Source of the DNA: Alloascoidea hylecoeti
Taxonomy: Eukaryota
Assembly: GCA_001600815.1 (NCBI GenBank)
Contig: BCKZ01000042.1
Span: forward strand, 1-64,000
DNA: 64,000 nt
Direction of reading: 5' to 3'
This document shows positions 1 to 10,446 of the stretch, one piece after another. The first letter of the stretch is position 1. Every line of letters starts with the position of its first letter. Below the pieces are notes generated by a model, which saw nothing but the letters and a program-made list of their open reading frames with translations, had not been told where the DNA came from and did no database searches. Made by a program: the position numbers and the translations under genes.

Positions 1-1
1 A

Positions 2-361
2 ACAGAAGAAAATTCAAAAGAAATTGAATTTTTAATTGATACAATTTATCCAGTAATTTATTTCAGTGTTTTAACTTCTGTTGTTTGTCATGGTTTATCT
101 GTTTCTTTATTAATTCTTGGTAAAAAAGGAACAAAAAGAATAAAGTCAACTTTAAGTCATACGTTTCCACCCTCTGTCCTTATTTCCTATGAACCTCAAA
201 CGATGATAACACCTTCTGAAGGATCCTCATTTCATATCTTATTCATCGTTCTGACTCTCATCTGCCTGTGTATAGGCATAGCTTTATATCTATATACTCT
301 CCAGATCGGACTAATTATAGACGGACTAATGAAGAATGCGTGGATAATTAAGAATGGATAA
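2..361 (+). CDS. 3' end of a Nha1/Sod2-family plasma-membrane Na+/H+ antiporter (partial, runs off the window start)
   Basis: Frame 2 is open from base 2 to TAA 359-361 and reads ...LIDTIYPVIYFSVLTSVVCHGLSVSLLILGKK..., matching the last transmembrane helix of fungal Nha1 (IWPI..F....SI.VHG.SV....LG). The tail is short and partly hydrophobic. Confidence 0.75.
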   Translation, partial: TEENSKEIEFLIDTIYPVIYFSVLTSVVCHGLSVSLLILGKKGTKRIKSTLSHTFPPSVLISYEPQTMITPSEGSSFHILFIVLTLICLCIGIALYLYTLQIGLIIDGLMKNAWIIKNG

Positions 362-599
362 GAATGGCAAATCAAGAAGAACTTTATGTAACAGAATAAA
401 AATCCGCTTTTAAATATGATTATTCAGTTCCTTCTAATAAAGAATAATAATGATAGTAGAAATATAATTGGTAAAATATCTGGGCTGCCATCGTAATATT
501 AATTATTTTTATGAAATTTAGCTAAATAAAAACAATGACTATACCGTTTCAAATTTTATTCCTGATACTCACCAAAAGCCGTATACACCGAAATATTAT

Positions 600-1010
600 T
601 GGATATCGCATTCACTCAGCAGTCCTGCGACTTTTTGGTTCAACATGGTCTTTAGTTATAATATAGCCGAAGATTTTCCAAATATACACTATGCTCATAT
701 GGTGGGCTTCTTCTTGGCCAAGGAGTCTTCATACACACATGGTTTAACAAAACCTTAATTAAGCATACCAAACCAAACACAGGAGACGCCGCCAGGCCAT
801 TGAAGATGGCCATTCTTACCTATTTCGTTCTTTCTAATTCGTTCCTCCATTGCTGATAGATATTTCCTGGTAATACGACTCAATTGACCCAAGAGTTGAA
901 CATTACCTGTTTTGGTCTGTTAAAGATGGCTTTCCACAAGTTCAACATAAAGATCCTCTACGCACCAGAATCAAGTCACCTGCTGAAAAAAAGAACTGTA
1001 AACCAGTGAT
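600..1010 (-). mobile_element. Highly degenerate Tc1/mariner (IS630-like, DDE) transposase fragment
   Basis: Minus strand, across stops and frameshifts, motifs in the expected order: WFTVLF(F)S near 1005-980, KQVMF near 915, KYLSAMEE near 865, WPRRSP at 720-703, then MS-I-V-Y-I-W (ata gtg tat att tgg, two substitutions from IENIW). Confidence 0.5.
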
Positions 1011-1592
1011 GATCTATGCAAGGAATTAATGATTGACTTCTTCTACTATTATATAGGTGTTCGGGAAGACTAATGTTTGGCCGTTTTATCCAAGCATGGT
1101 GGTGAAATCTGTTTCAATGGATAACTTATACCACCTCCATAAATTCGATGAAGAATACTCAAGAGGATTTTCAAACAAAGATGAATCCAGAGATTATCAA
1201 AAATAAATGATATCCAAAAATATCTGAGATGAAGGCGGTCTAAAGATAGATTGGGGTGATCTCAAGGATCTTTATGGGATGGCTGTGTATTCAGATGAAT
1301 GTTCGGTAGCTGGGGATAGGGTTGACCGCTGGAATCTACTGCAGATTTAACCTTGGAAACTTTAAACTTCCGGATCCGATCATGACATAATATTTATAAT
1401 GAACTGTAATACATTAAAAATACCTCACTCCATCAATTAGTCAAGGAATTTATGGAAGGACTCAAAAACTATATGAATTATTCAGTTTGATTCGGAAATG
1501 TATTCCCTCCGTTTTGAAGCTTAATTCCTCTTCATTAGCTTCACCAATTCTTGCATAGTTTCATTTAGTTGTTTAATGTAAATTTCTAAGCT

Positions 1593-2129
1593 CATCATGC
1601 AATGAAAGTTGCTGGAGTTAAAGGTTTATCGAGGGTACTAATTATTGGACTTGGAGGACTCGGTATTAATGGTCTTCAGGTCGCAAAGGCTTTCGGTGCA
1701 TATGTTATTTGCACAGATTTAAGAGCAGAAGCAAGAGAAAGGGCAAAAGAATTAGGAGCAGATGAAGTTCTAGAAACACTACCTGAGACTTCACTTAATG
1801 TCGATGTTGTTATAGATTTTGTTTCGTCTAAAAGTACGTTTCAATTGGGACAAAAGCATGTCCGCCGTAAAGGTGTCATTGTCCCTGTTGGACTTGATAC
1901 TCCTGTTATGGAGTTTAATTTGAATGATTTAGCATTCAGAGAAGTTCAAATTTTAGGATCATTTGGGGGAACATCACAAGATCAAATTGATTGCTTTGAC
2001 TTGATGAAAAAAGCCCTTGTTAGACCAGTTGTTGAAAACGCAGATTTCGCAATAACTGATCAACTTTTGGAAGACTTGAGAGCTGGAAAGTTCAAAGCCA
2101 GAGTAGTTGTTAAGCCAAACGATGAGTAG
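1593..2129 (+). pseudogene. 5'-truncated duplicate of the secondary alcohol dehydrogenase (NAD-binding half only)
   Basis: Near-identical to 4340-4876, including a 179-bp identical tract (1683-1861 = 4430-4608). Homology stops just upstream of HHAM, and the catalytic and structural Zn ligands are missing. Confidence 0.85.
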
Positions 2130-3865
2130 TTATAATGACATGATTATGATTTTGAATATGATTTTGTATGCAAAGTTTTATACTGGTATAATTTATCATA
2201 AACTACTTATATTACCATAACCCTTGTCTTCACGAATTTACTTACTCTTTATTAATCAGTTCAAATGAATATTTTTATAAATCATTTATATTATCATACC
2301 TGCCTTATCAAGTAATGTTTTTTTTAGGGGTTTCTACGTTTGTTAAATATGCATTGTATAGGTGTTACAGCCACGTGAATAGGATATAAAGGCATTATAT
2401 TATAGTGTAATCGATGATCATCTAATTATGCTTGGGAATATACTGTAAAACTTTATAAGTGATTAGATTTAAGATGATCCCTACACTTTATGATTTATAT
2501 ATAATCAGCATAATATACCGTCAGAAAAGCTTACCGGCCATCCAAATTTGTTGCGCCACTAGTTGTAAAACCAGCAACAAATTGCAATATAAACTATTAA
2601 AAAATAGCACTACTATGAGCACCTGTCCCCTCTTAGAATTCCACTTAGAATAGTTTTCAGGAGATCATCGCAATGTGCTGGAAATATTAAGTAATAGAGT
2701 GTCCTGCATCTTCCCATATTTGTCCAAGAGCATAAATCAACAAGAAACATCTCAAATGTTTTTGATTATTCCAGCCACTTTTCGTAAGAATCTTTTACAA
2801 TCTTGGTGGATTTACCTCATTCAAGTAACTTCTCATATAATCGGATTTTTTCCGTTACTTCTACCTATTTTTCGCCTGTCCAAACCCCTACTAACTTTGA
2901 TAATATCTTCTGGGAATTGAAAGAATGAATTCCAGTTAGAAACCCTATCGAGTATTTTTAAGGGGGTTATAGCTTCATCACTTCCCTTCTGGCAAATAGT
3001 AATACAATCCTCTTTTAATTTTGAGGCCGGTGATCGGGGATTTGAGGCTAGCTTCTTGTCGTAGATACTCTTCAATCTCTTTGGTTGCACTAGGAATATA
3101 ACTCAGACAATCTCCTTCTCTCTGGTCAGAATATTGAAAAAAAGACAACTAAACAAATTGAAAATATGTCTTTTGAATATGATAGACTCACCAAATTAAA
3201 AAGGCTGATGAAAAACGTATGAAGTACTTGGTCATTTTTTGGACGAATGTTCGATTTGTTATGACAAGCTCAACTGCTGCATATGTGAAAGTCGTATCGG
3301 CGCTACTTCATGGTTGTCATAGCCACACAACGGTGACAAGTTTGGCAACTGACAATACGCTCAATCCACAGGTAATCTTGGATCATCTTCTAGAGTTAAA
3401 GTATATGTAAACACTATGCCTATTCTTAACAATGATTGAATCGTAGAAATCGTGAAAGATTCGGAGAACATACGCCCATCTTGGCGACGTATTCTACCCG
3501 CTGAGCGACAACAATGACTTCTAAAATCTATAAAATATTAACCACGAGATATCGATACTCCTGTATCTCTTTAAAGATATTTACATTCTATAATTTATAT
3601 GGATAATAAATAATTTTGTTAATTTTAAAAATTGTTTTAGTTTTGTATTTCTTTAATTTCTTATAGTGCATATCGTTGTGCCGTTACTAGGGAACCAGCT
3701 GTTATTAGATGAAAACCCATACATTATAATTAAAACGATGTTATACCGACAAGTTATAAATTCCCGCTTATTTCCTGATTTATTACATTTTTCTTCTTCG
3801 CAAATTATTGCTAGTTGTGTCTTATTAGCAAGTGCCATTATTTTTCATCAATTCAAATTCATAGA

Positions 3866-4876
3866 ATGTCACTTCCAACTACTCAAACAGCATTTGTTTT
3901 CAATCATAAAACATATAAATTGGAAAAGAAAGAAATTCCAGTACCTGAACCTAAAGAAGGTAATATTCTTTTAAAGATTAAAGCAGCTGGTTTATGTCAT
4001 TCAGATTTACATATTTTAGATGGCAAAGTATCTTTTCCTTCTGATTTTGTATTAGGGCATGAAATTGTTGGGGATATTGTAAAGTTTGGCCCTGGTGTTG
4101 TCAAAGAAAATTTCGATACAAACAAATTGTACTCAATTCTTGCAGCAAATACATGCGGACAATGCAATTGTTGTAGGGTTGGTCAAGATAATTTATGTAA
4201 TACCCGTTTTGCTTATGGAATAGGTGATCATGGTGGTTTTCAACAATATGGTCAATTTGACATAAGAAGTGTAATTCCTGTTCCTGATGGAGTTAATCCT
4301 TCAGAAGCAACAGCTGGAACGGATGCAATTTTAACGCCATACCACGCCATGAAAGTTGGAGGAGTTAGAGGTTTATCGAGGGTACTAATTATTGGACTTG
4401 GAGGACTCGGTATTAATGGTATTCAAATTGCAAAGGCTTTCGGTGCATATGTTATTTGCACAGATTTAAGAGCAGAAGCAAGAGAAAGGGCAAAAGAATT
4501 AGGAGCAGATGAAGTTCTAGAAACACTACCTGAGACTTCACTTAATGTCGATGTTGTTATAGATTTTGTTTCGTCTAAAAGTACGTTTCAATTGGGACAA
4601 AAGCATGTTCGCATTAAAGGTGTCATTGTCCTTGTTGGACTTGATGCTTCGGTTATGGAGTTTAATTTGAATGATTTAGTATTCAGAGAAATTCAAATTT
4701 TAGGATCATTTGGGGGAACATCGCAAGATCAAATTGATTGCTTTGACCTGATAAAGAAAGGTCTGGTTAAACCAGTTATTGAAAATGCAGAATTCGCAAT
4801 AACTGATCAACTTTTGGAAGACTTAAGAGCTGGAAAGTTCAAAGCCAGAGTAGTTGTTAAGCCAAACGATGAGTAG
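3866..4876 (+). CDS. Zn-dependent medium-chain secondary alcohol dehydrogenase / carbonyl reductase (SADH/CPCR2-like), 336 aa
   Basis: Likely start ATG 3866 (MSLPTTQTAFVFN). Motifs: GLCHSDLH, GHEI, structural Zn CGQCNCC..DNLC, TDAILTPYHA and Rossmann GLGGLG. The layout resembles Candida parapsilosis secondary ADH. Confidence 0.93.
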   Translation: MSLPTTQTAFVFNHKTYKLEKKEIPVPEPKEGNILLKIKAAGLCHSDLHILDGKVSFPSDFVLGHEIVGDIVKFGPGVVKENFDTNKLYSILAANTCGQCNCCRVGQDNLCNTRFAYGIGDHGGFQQYGQFDIRSVIPVPDGVNPSEATAGTDAILTPYHAMKVGGVRGLSRVLIIGLGGLGINGIQIAKAFGAYVICTDLRAEARERAKELGADEVLETLPETSLNVDVVIDFVSSKSTFQLGQKHVRIKGVIVLVGLDASVMEFNLNDLVFREIQILGSFGGTSQDQIDCFDLIKKGLVKPVIENAEFAITDQLLEDLRAGKFKARVVVKPNDE

Positions 4877-5241
4877 TTATAATGACATATGATTATGATT
4901 TTGAATATCTCAATGTTTAATTAGCTTTGATTCCATTTATAATTCACTTATCATACTCACATTATTAAGCAATATTAATGGATTTGGAGTTTTTCTTCAT
5001 TTGTAGGCTTTTGTAGCTCAAATTAACTTATTCGAAGTATTATGCAATCGTGCATAATCCGATATCTTTTTTGGCATATCCTCGACATGGTGCCCTTTTT
5101 ACACCTAGGCTATAATATCAATACATTGTCATGATAGTGATTATTTTCAATGGATGGTCACTTAATTATGCCTGGGAGTATACTAAATAAATGGATCAAG
5201 TGATTAGATTTTTTCATGCCATTTATGGGATAATGTAACCT

Positions 5242-5493
5242 TACAGGGGTTTCACTTAATTTCGGCCACTTTTTAGTCGAAATGATACACTAAGGTACAG
5301 CCGTGTGTTTCGACCTTGGGATACACTTATTACATGTATTTGCCACGTTATGCACTAATAACCGGCCATTTGATAGACTAAACTGTTAATCCATGTTGAT
5401 GAACCAAGTATTCGGCCACTTGATGCACTAATAAAATTCAAAAGTGGCCACATGCATGTAAGGCCAGTGATTAGTACATCATCCTATGGCCGA
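5242..5493. repeat. MITE-like/terminal remnant with degenerate ~23-bp repeats (consensus TTCGGCCAC-TTGATGCACTAA)
   Basis: Starts TA|CAGGGGTTTCACTTAATTTCGGCCAC. Related units at about 5261, 5309, 5339, 5361 and 5411, with an inverted copy at 5471-5493. Confidence 0.55.
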
Positions 5494-5877
5494 CATTAAT
5501 TATTTTTTCGTAATCATCTTTTCTAACACGGTAAATGAGTGAATATGAGGGGATTATTTATAATGATAGCTACATAACCAAACTATTCACTTTACGAGAT
5601 GATCTAATATAACATTTTAATGTTGCTTTATATGTCTTTTGCTAGCACTTTTCCCCAAGCAAGTAAAACCTACATATTTAGCCATAAATAAATGTATGCA
5701 CTATGTGGAACATATTTTAAGTAATATGTCAAAGAAATGGATATAGTGAATCAAACTCAATTTTCCGACATATTTTGCACTATTTCGACAAGTTATCTTT
5801 AAGTAAAGTATCCTTAAATTTGATTCATCAGTAAAACTTTCATTATCATCATCACAATTAATATTTTTTTATCTGCT

Positions 5878-6501
5878 CTAATCATGAATTACTTCATGCA
5901 GATAATAAATTGTGTAATTATTTTCCAAATCATCATTAGCTATCAATTTTTTCTCTTCATCAGGACAGTCTTCTCTTGAATTATTGTCTACGCTTGTAGA
6001 TTCATCGTGGATATCTTCGTTCTTCGAATTCCAAATCTGTGGTGGAAGATATTGAATGACTAAAGCCTTAATTAATGGTATGATAGCTAAAAGAAAGCTT
6101 AGTATTTGTATAATTATAACCAATTTGATTCATAGGTTTGAATCTTTTTAATATAATTACCTTTGAAATATAATACAGCCAGAAACACTAATCAGGTTGG
6201 CCAACCATACTCCAAAATATGAACCACAAATCAATCCAAAAATCCAGATTAAAACAAAAATGAATCCGACAGTATTGATAGATGAATATAACCGTTAATA
6301 TTCTGGTATTAACAAGTAGTATACTTGATCAATATCCCTTGAATTTACAGGTGGAGCTGCCATTAATAGGAATGGCAATGGAGAATTAATTGGAGCGTTA
6401 TCTGGAATAGGAGAATAAATTAAAGTGCTATCAGATGCGGTAAGAGGAGTTGATTTAATATCATGATCAAGTTTCTCAGATGGATAATTTTGTTCATTCA
6501 T
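5878..6501 (-). pseudogene. Disrupted ORF for a small hypothetical membrane protein
   Basis: ORF 6501-6295 continues in frame past a single TAA into a hydrophobic segment (VGFIFVLIWIFGLICGSYFGVWLANLISVSGCIIF). After a frame break it resumes as LVIIIQILSFLLAIIPLIKALV plus an acidic tail (6123-5878). Confidence 0.45.
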
Positions 6502-7500
6502 AATAGTTGTTTAAAATTATAAAGGTGAAGAGATGAATAGAAACGTTATATTTTATATGTTGTGAGTAGGGTAAAACATACCAAAAAGGAGTTATTACCA
6601 AATATGTGTAAGAATAATCTTTTTCCCTATATAATTATAACGTTAACTAAATTGCAGGACTTACTCATGCCGAGAAAAGGTTGGTTGATATCTAAATTTT
6701 TGTAATTGTCTGCTGCTTTTCTCTTAAAAGTTTAAAGATTAAATCATAACAGAAATATTTGTTGAAGATTCTACTTGTGCTGCTCTTCTTTACGTTTTTC
6801 TATACTTAAAGTCTTAGTTACTAGATAGACCCCCCTAAAATTACTGAGGGAACCCTGACTGTACAAAAAGAGTACCAGTTCGACAAATTCATTCATATAA
6901 TGATAATTGGAGAGAAGGATCCTTTCATGATTCAACTGAAAGAGATGTTGAAAATATTGATGTTGGTATATAAATAATGCTTGTAGATAATAAGTTAATT
7001 CTTGTAATATTTTATTATGGTATAATTAAATAAACTTTAAGCCAATGATTAATTCTTATAAATTGTTTACTAAGCAATAAAATGATTACTATTCAGGGTT
7101 TATTTGATTCAAATAGTTTAGAGACGATATGTTTATGTTGGTGCTGAAAGATTAAGTGAAATGATCGAAAATTTGCAACAATTATATCTTACTGACTTTA
7201 ATGAAAATATTTTCAAAATTAAGCAAGTACCATTAAACTAGTAGATTACATGTATGATGTCGTATGCATTAAACTCAACATTTTCGTTAATATATATAAT
7301 TCCAATTGTTTCTGCAAATTTAGTTGATGAAGCTGGAAAATCGGGATAGTATACACCGAATACTAATATATTGAATTATCTATTCAAAAATGTCCTTATT
7401 TTAAAATAAGTGCAAAAATATATATAAGCGGTATATCCCGTAAGTTTTGAATGATTTAACCCGGGATTGACTCTCACACGACAAGTCCACTTCATGGGTA

Positions 7501-7674
7501 ATGCACAAAATTTCAGCCAACTTATCCATCAAATATTCAGCTATATGTGACATACATTATAGGTCACTTGTTAGAGGAAATATACCGTCAGATAATACAA
7601 TTCACTTTGAACATCATATTCGGCCAGATGCTACATTACCATCCGACCATAGTTGTTATGAATAATCGGCTACA
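7501..7674. repeat. Further degenerate copies of the ~23-bp repeat family
   Basis: atgcacaaaatttcagcca, aaatattcagcta and atattcggccagatgc resemble the 5.3-kb units. AATATACCGTCAGA at 7579-7592 is identical to 2512-2525. Confidence 0.35.
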
Positions 7675-8149
7675 GCTGGCTCTTTTTAGCCGCTAATACT
7701 TTCCCTCGACATTTTCAGGTATAGGCTCCAGGACCTTTTGTAAAAGGTTCATATACGAGGATAGGAATCTAAAAACCTTCGATAGAAATAATAAAATTTT
7801 TGATCTTTTAATGAAGTTAAATCCAGATGATATATTCAATCCAATTGCGCTATATTCACCATAAAAATGTAAGACAGGGAAGGTATAATATGTAGCAGAT
7901 AGTAAGGATAAACCATATTATTATTGTTAACGTTGTTTTTTTTTTTTTGCAACGGAATAATTTTAATCTTGATGTACAGTTTTATTTTGATTAAATTGAA
8001 ACTGGGTGAGACCTCTGAATTATGATGCACGATGGAATATGAAATTTAAGATAATTATTGGAATATTTATAGGTTTAATATCTAGCTGTATAAAGTCTCG
8101 GCTGGACTCTCTAAAAACGAGTCTCTATATTGGAAATATGTAAACGTTT

Positions 8150-8420
8150 ATTGTGACTTAAGGCCAGTTTTATATTGTAGACTGGAAAATATAGTAAAAC
8201 TAATTATAGTAGCCGGATGAAGTATTATGATTATGAAAAGCTAAGAATTTCATCATCATTAGACAATATAATGACTGCACAAGTAAATATGAATTATTCC
8301 AAATTGATATTGATAGTCGAATCATTGGGAAACCCATGTAGACAATAGCTACCATGTACAGATTTAAATCTGATAGATTAATCATTAAATCATCAGAGAG
8401 TCTTGATATAACAATTGCCA
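8150..8420 (+). mobile_element. Degenerate Tc1-type DDE transposase fragment
   Basis: FIIIRQYNDCTSK at about 8249-8287 resembles FIFQQDNDPKHTSK. *LPCTDLNLID at about 8346-8378 resembles WPPxSPDLNPIE. The inferred D-to-E spacing is 109 nt. Confidence 0.6.
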
Positions 8421-9830
8421 ATTGCAAGATATCTTGAAATTTTGAGCTTTATTTATAGCTGAAAATAGTTGAGAAATTAAAGTCTACATATATATGTCTA
8501 TTGGAAGCTTTTATGAGTTAATATGTTTCATATATACTATCCCAGTATATCATATTGAATTTTAAAATTTAATTTAATTCAATGGTGTTAGATATTAAAA
8601 AGGGTGTTATAATTGAGATTGGTATTATGAGGATTTCACGCCCGTTAAACTCTTCTAGTATATTTAACAGCTATAAGTCATATACAGAGAAAACTTCAAA
8701 ACGGAGATGGCCATTCAAGGTAAAATTGACAGTTAGATAGATAGGCAGTAAACGGCATCAAATCACCTTTAAAGATTAACGGTAACGCCGTCAAGAATAT
8801 GTATCTAACAGCTGAATCAGAAGCCTTGAATCTTGAAGAATGGTAAGTAGGTTTGACTTTCTTATTCTTTAATTTCACAATTCACATACCATTATAACTA
8901 TAATTTCAAGTCAGGTGTATTCGTATAATTAATGAGTTTTATATTTCAAATGGAAATACAGCAAAATTAATCCTGTAATTGGAATTACAAGATTGATATT
9001 GATTTTTTTAAAATTAGTTTATAAATATTTTTTCCGATTTGTATTATCTTATTTAATTAAAAAATAGAAAAAATATTCACATAGGTACCGGTTTAAACTT
9101 TTCAGTAACATAATTAAAGGTACCGAAGTGTAACTACATAATATTAAATTAACTAAATTGCTACCGAAGAGCTCCAATTGCCAACATTAACTTAAGAATC
9201 CCGTTTAAATTTCGATCTATCAAGTACGTTTCTATTAATAATATAAAGTGTGGTGAGATGAGATATCTCAATTTCAAGGCCTTGCCTAAGGTCAAGATCC
9301 GGTGTAGCTAGTTGTAGTTTCAGTCACGGATACTGCGGAAGGAGTAGTTTTATGTTGTTATTTTCCAGCTAAGCCTGTTTGATATTAATATACGAGTAGA
9401 CAATTGCAGGATTACTAGTGCACGCCCGGCCGGTCCAACGCATACCCGACATGCCAACCCGACCACCCACAGTAAGGCGTGTCATAACCAAACCTGGGCC
9501 TCATGATTGACGATCCTGGAAAGGCCCATGCCAATTGCCCACTGATCTTGCTGGTGTCTACTGGAAAGTCTCCCCGAGACACTACTAGGGATCACCGAGG
9601 GTAACCCTAATTAAATGGCGTGGGACGGACATATTCCTGTTTCATCAAAATTCTTCAATTTATGTACTTAATTTGAAAGTTTAGGTATGGAATTGCAAGG
9701 AGACAGCCGAGATGCAGCAGATACAGACGAAGCTGGAGGGTCAACGTTATAATATGACAGTTACAAGGTGAGTTTGGCAAAGGCGTCTTATGGATCTTGG
9801 CGGTTTTGTTGGTTGTGGGGAGCAATGGAT

Positions 9831-9857
9831 CGGGTCTTTCGGGTCTTTCGGGTCTTT
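9831..9857 (+). promoter_or_regulatory. Tandem (CGGGTCTTT)x3 in the FKS1 upstream region
   Basis: Three exact 9-bp units are visible directly. A function as a transcription-factor site is inferred. Confidence 0.5.
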
Positions 9858-10113
9858 TCAGGTTATCAGTGCGTGCATAATATCTTAACTGTGTCGAAGG
9901 ATATTATTGAGTGTCTTTCCAATTTCTTTCCGCTTCTCTCCTCTTTTTCTTTTCTTCTTCTCTTCTTTTTCCTTTTTATACGACAAATCCTCCTTTCCCT
10001 CCCGGTGTCTTGCCATTATTCCTTTGTTTCTTGGTTTTTTGGTTTTGCGCTTTACTGCGTCTTCAAGTCTTTCGTTATTTCTTTATCTTTGCTAAGAATC
10101 AAAAAAAAAATAG

Positions 10114-10261
10114 GTATGTTCAAAACTTATCTTCATCTCTTTCTTTTTTTTTTGCATTGGGGAGTTGAACTTATACTTCAACTTGTTGGGTACAACCTTT
10201 GATGTTGGATTGTTGATATCTATCTCGTTTACAATTTACTAACACCACACATACATTTTAG
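10114..10261 (+). other. FKS1 5'UTR intron 1
   Basis: GTATGT donor at 10114, TACTAAC branch at 10237-10243, TAG acceptor at 10259-10261. Confidence 0.85.
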
Positions 10262-10313
10262 TCATTTGTAATTTATACATATTTGATATCAGGGGCTTCT
10301 TTAATTCTTAAAG

Positions 10314-10446
10314 GTATGCATATTATCATTGATTTATAACTATAAAAACAACTTTTAAAAATTTGTACAATTGTTTCTTTATTTCTTTATTGAAAATTTT
10401 CACTTGCTTTGTTTTTACAAAAAACTAAGGCTAACATTATTTTTAG
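10314..10446 (+). other. FKS1 5'UTR intron 2, ending immediately before the ATG
   Basis: GTATGC donor at 10314, GCTAAC branch at 10430-10435, TAG at 10444-10446 directly followed by ATG 10447. Confidence 0.82.

Noticed and set aside
1150..1164. 15-mer GAAGAATACTCAAGA shared with about 20438
   Set aside because: Similarity does not extend on either side; probably chance.
3815..3865. ORF-track N-terminal extension of ADH
   Set aside because: It has a non-ATG start, and family similarity begins at ATG 3866.
5261..5435. CRISPR-like interpretation of the spaced repeats
   Set aside because: The context is eukaryotic, the units are degenerate and irregularly spaced, and there are no cas genes.
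6850..6890. GTTCGA with an upstream anticodon-like stretch
   Set aside because: There is no T-stem or acceptor stem.
9270..9325. Faint resemblance to the U2 snRNA 5' end (agatc..gtgtag)
   Set aside because: It lacks the invariant GTAGTA branch-pairing sequence and an Sm site.
9564..9575. GAAAGTCTCCC, the same as the conserved region I motif of yeast RNase MRP RNA
   Set aside because: No matching CR-V (AC.CAATGGAGCTTA-like) is found at a plausible distance, and a local GTCTC/GAGAC palindrome explains the motif.
9768..10202. Phe/Leu-rich ORFs upstream of FKS1
   Set aside because: They are translations of pyrimidine-rich promoter, UTR and intron sequence with non-ATG starts.
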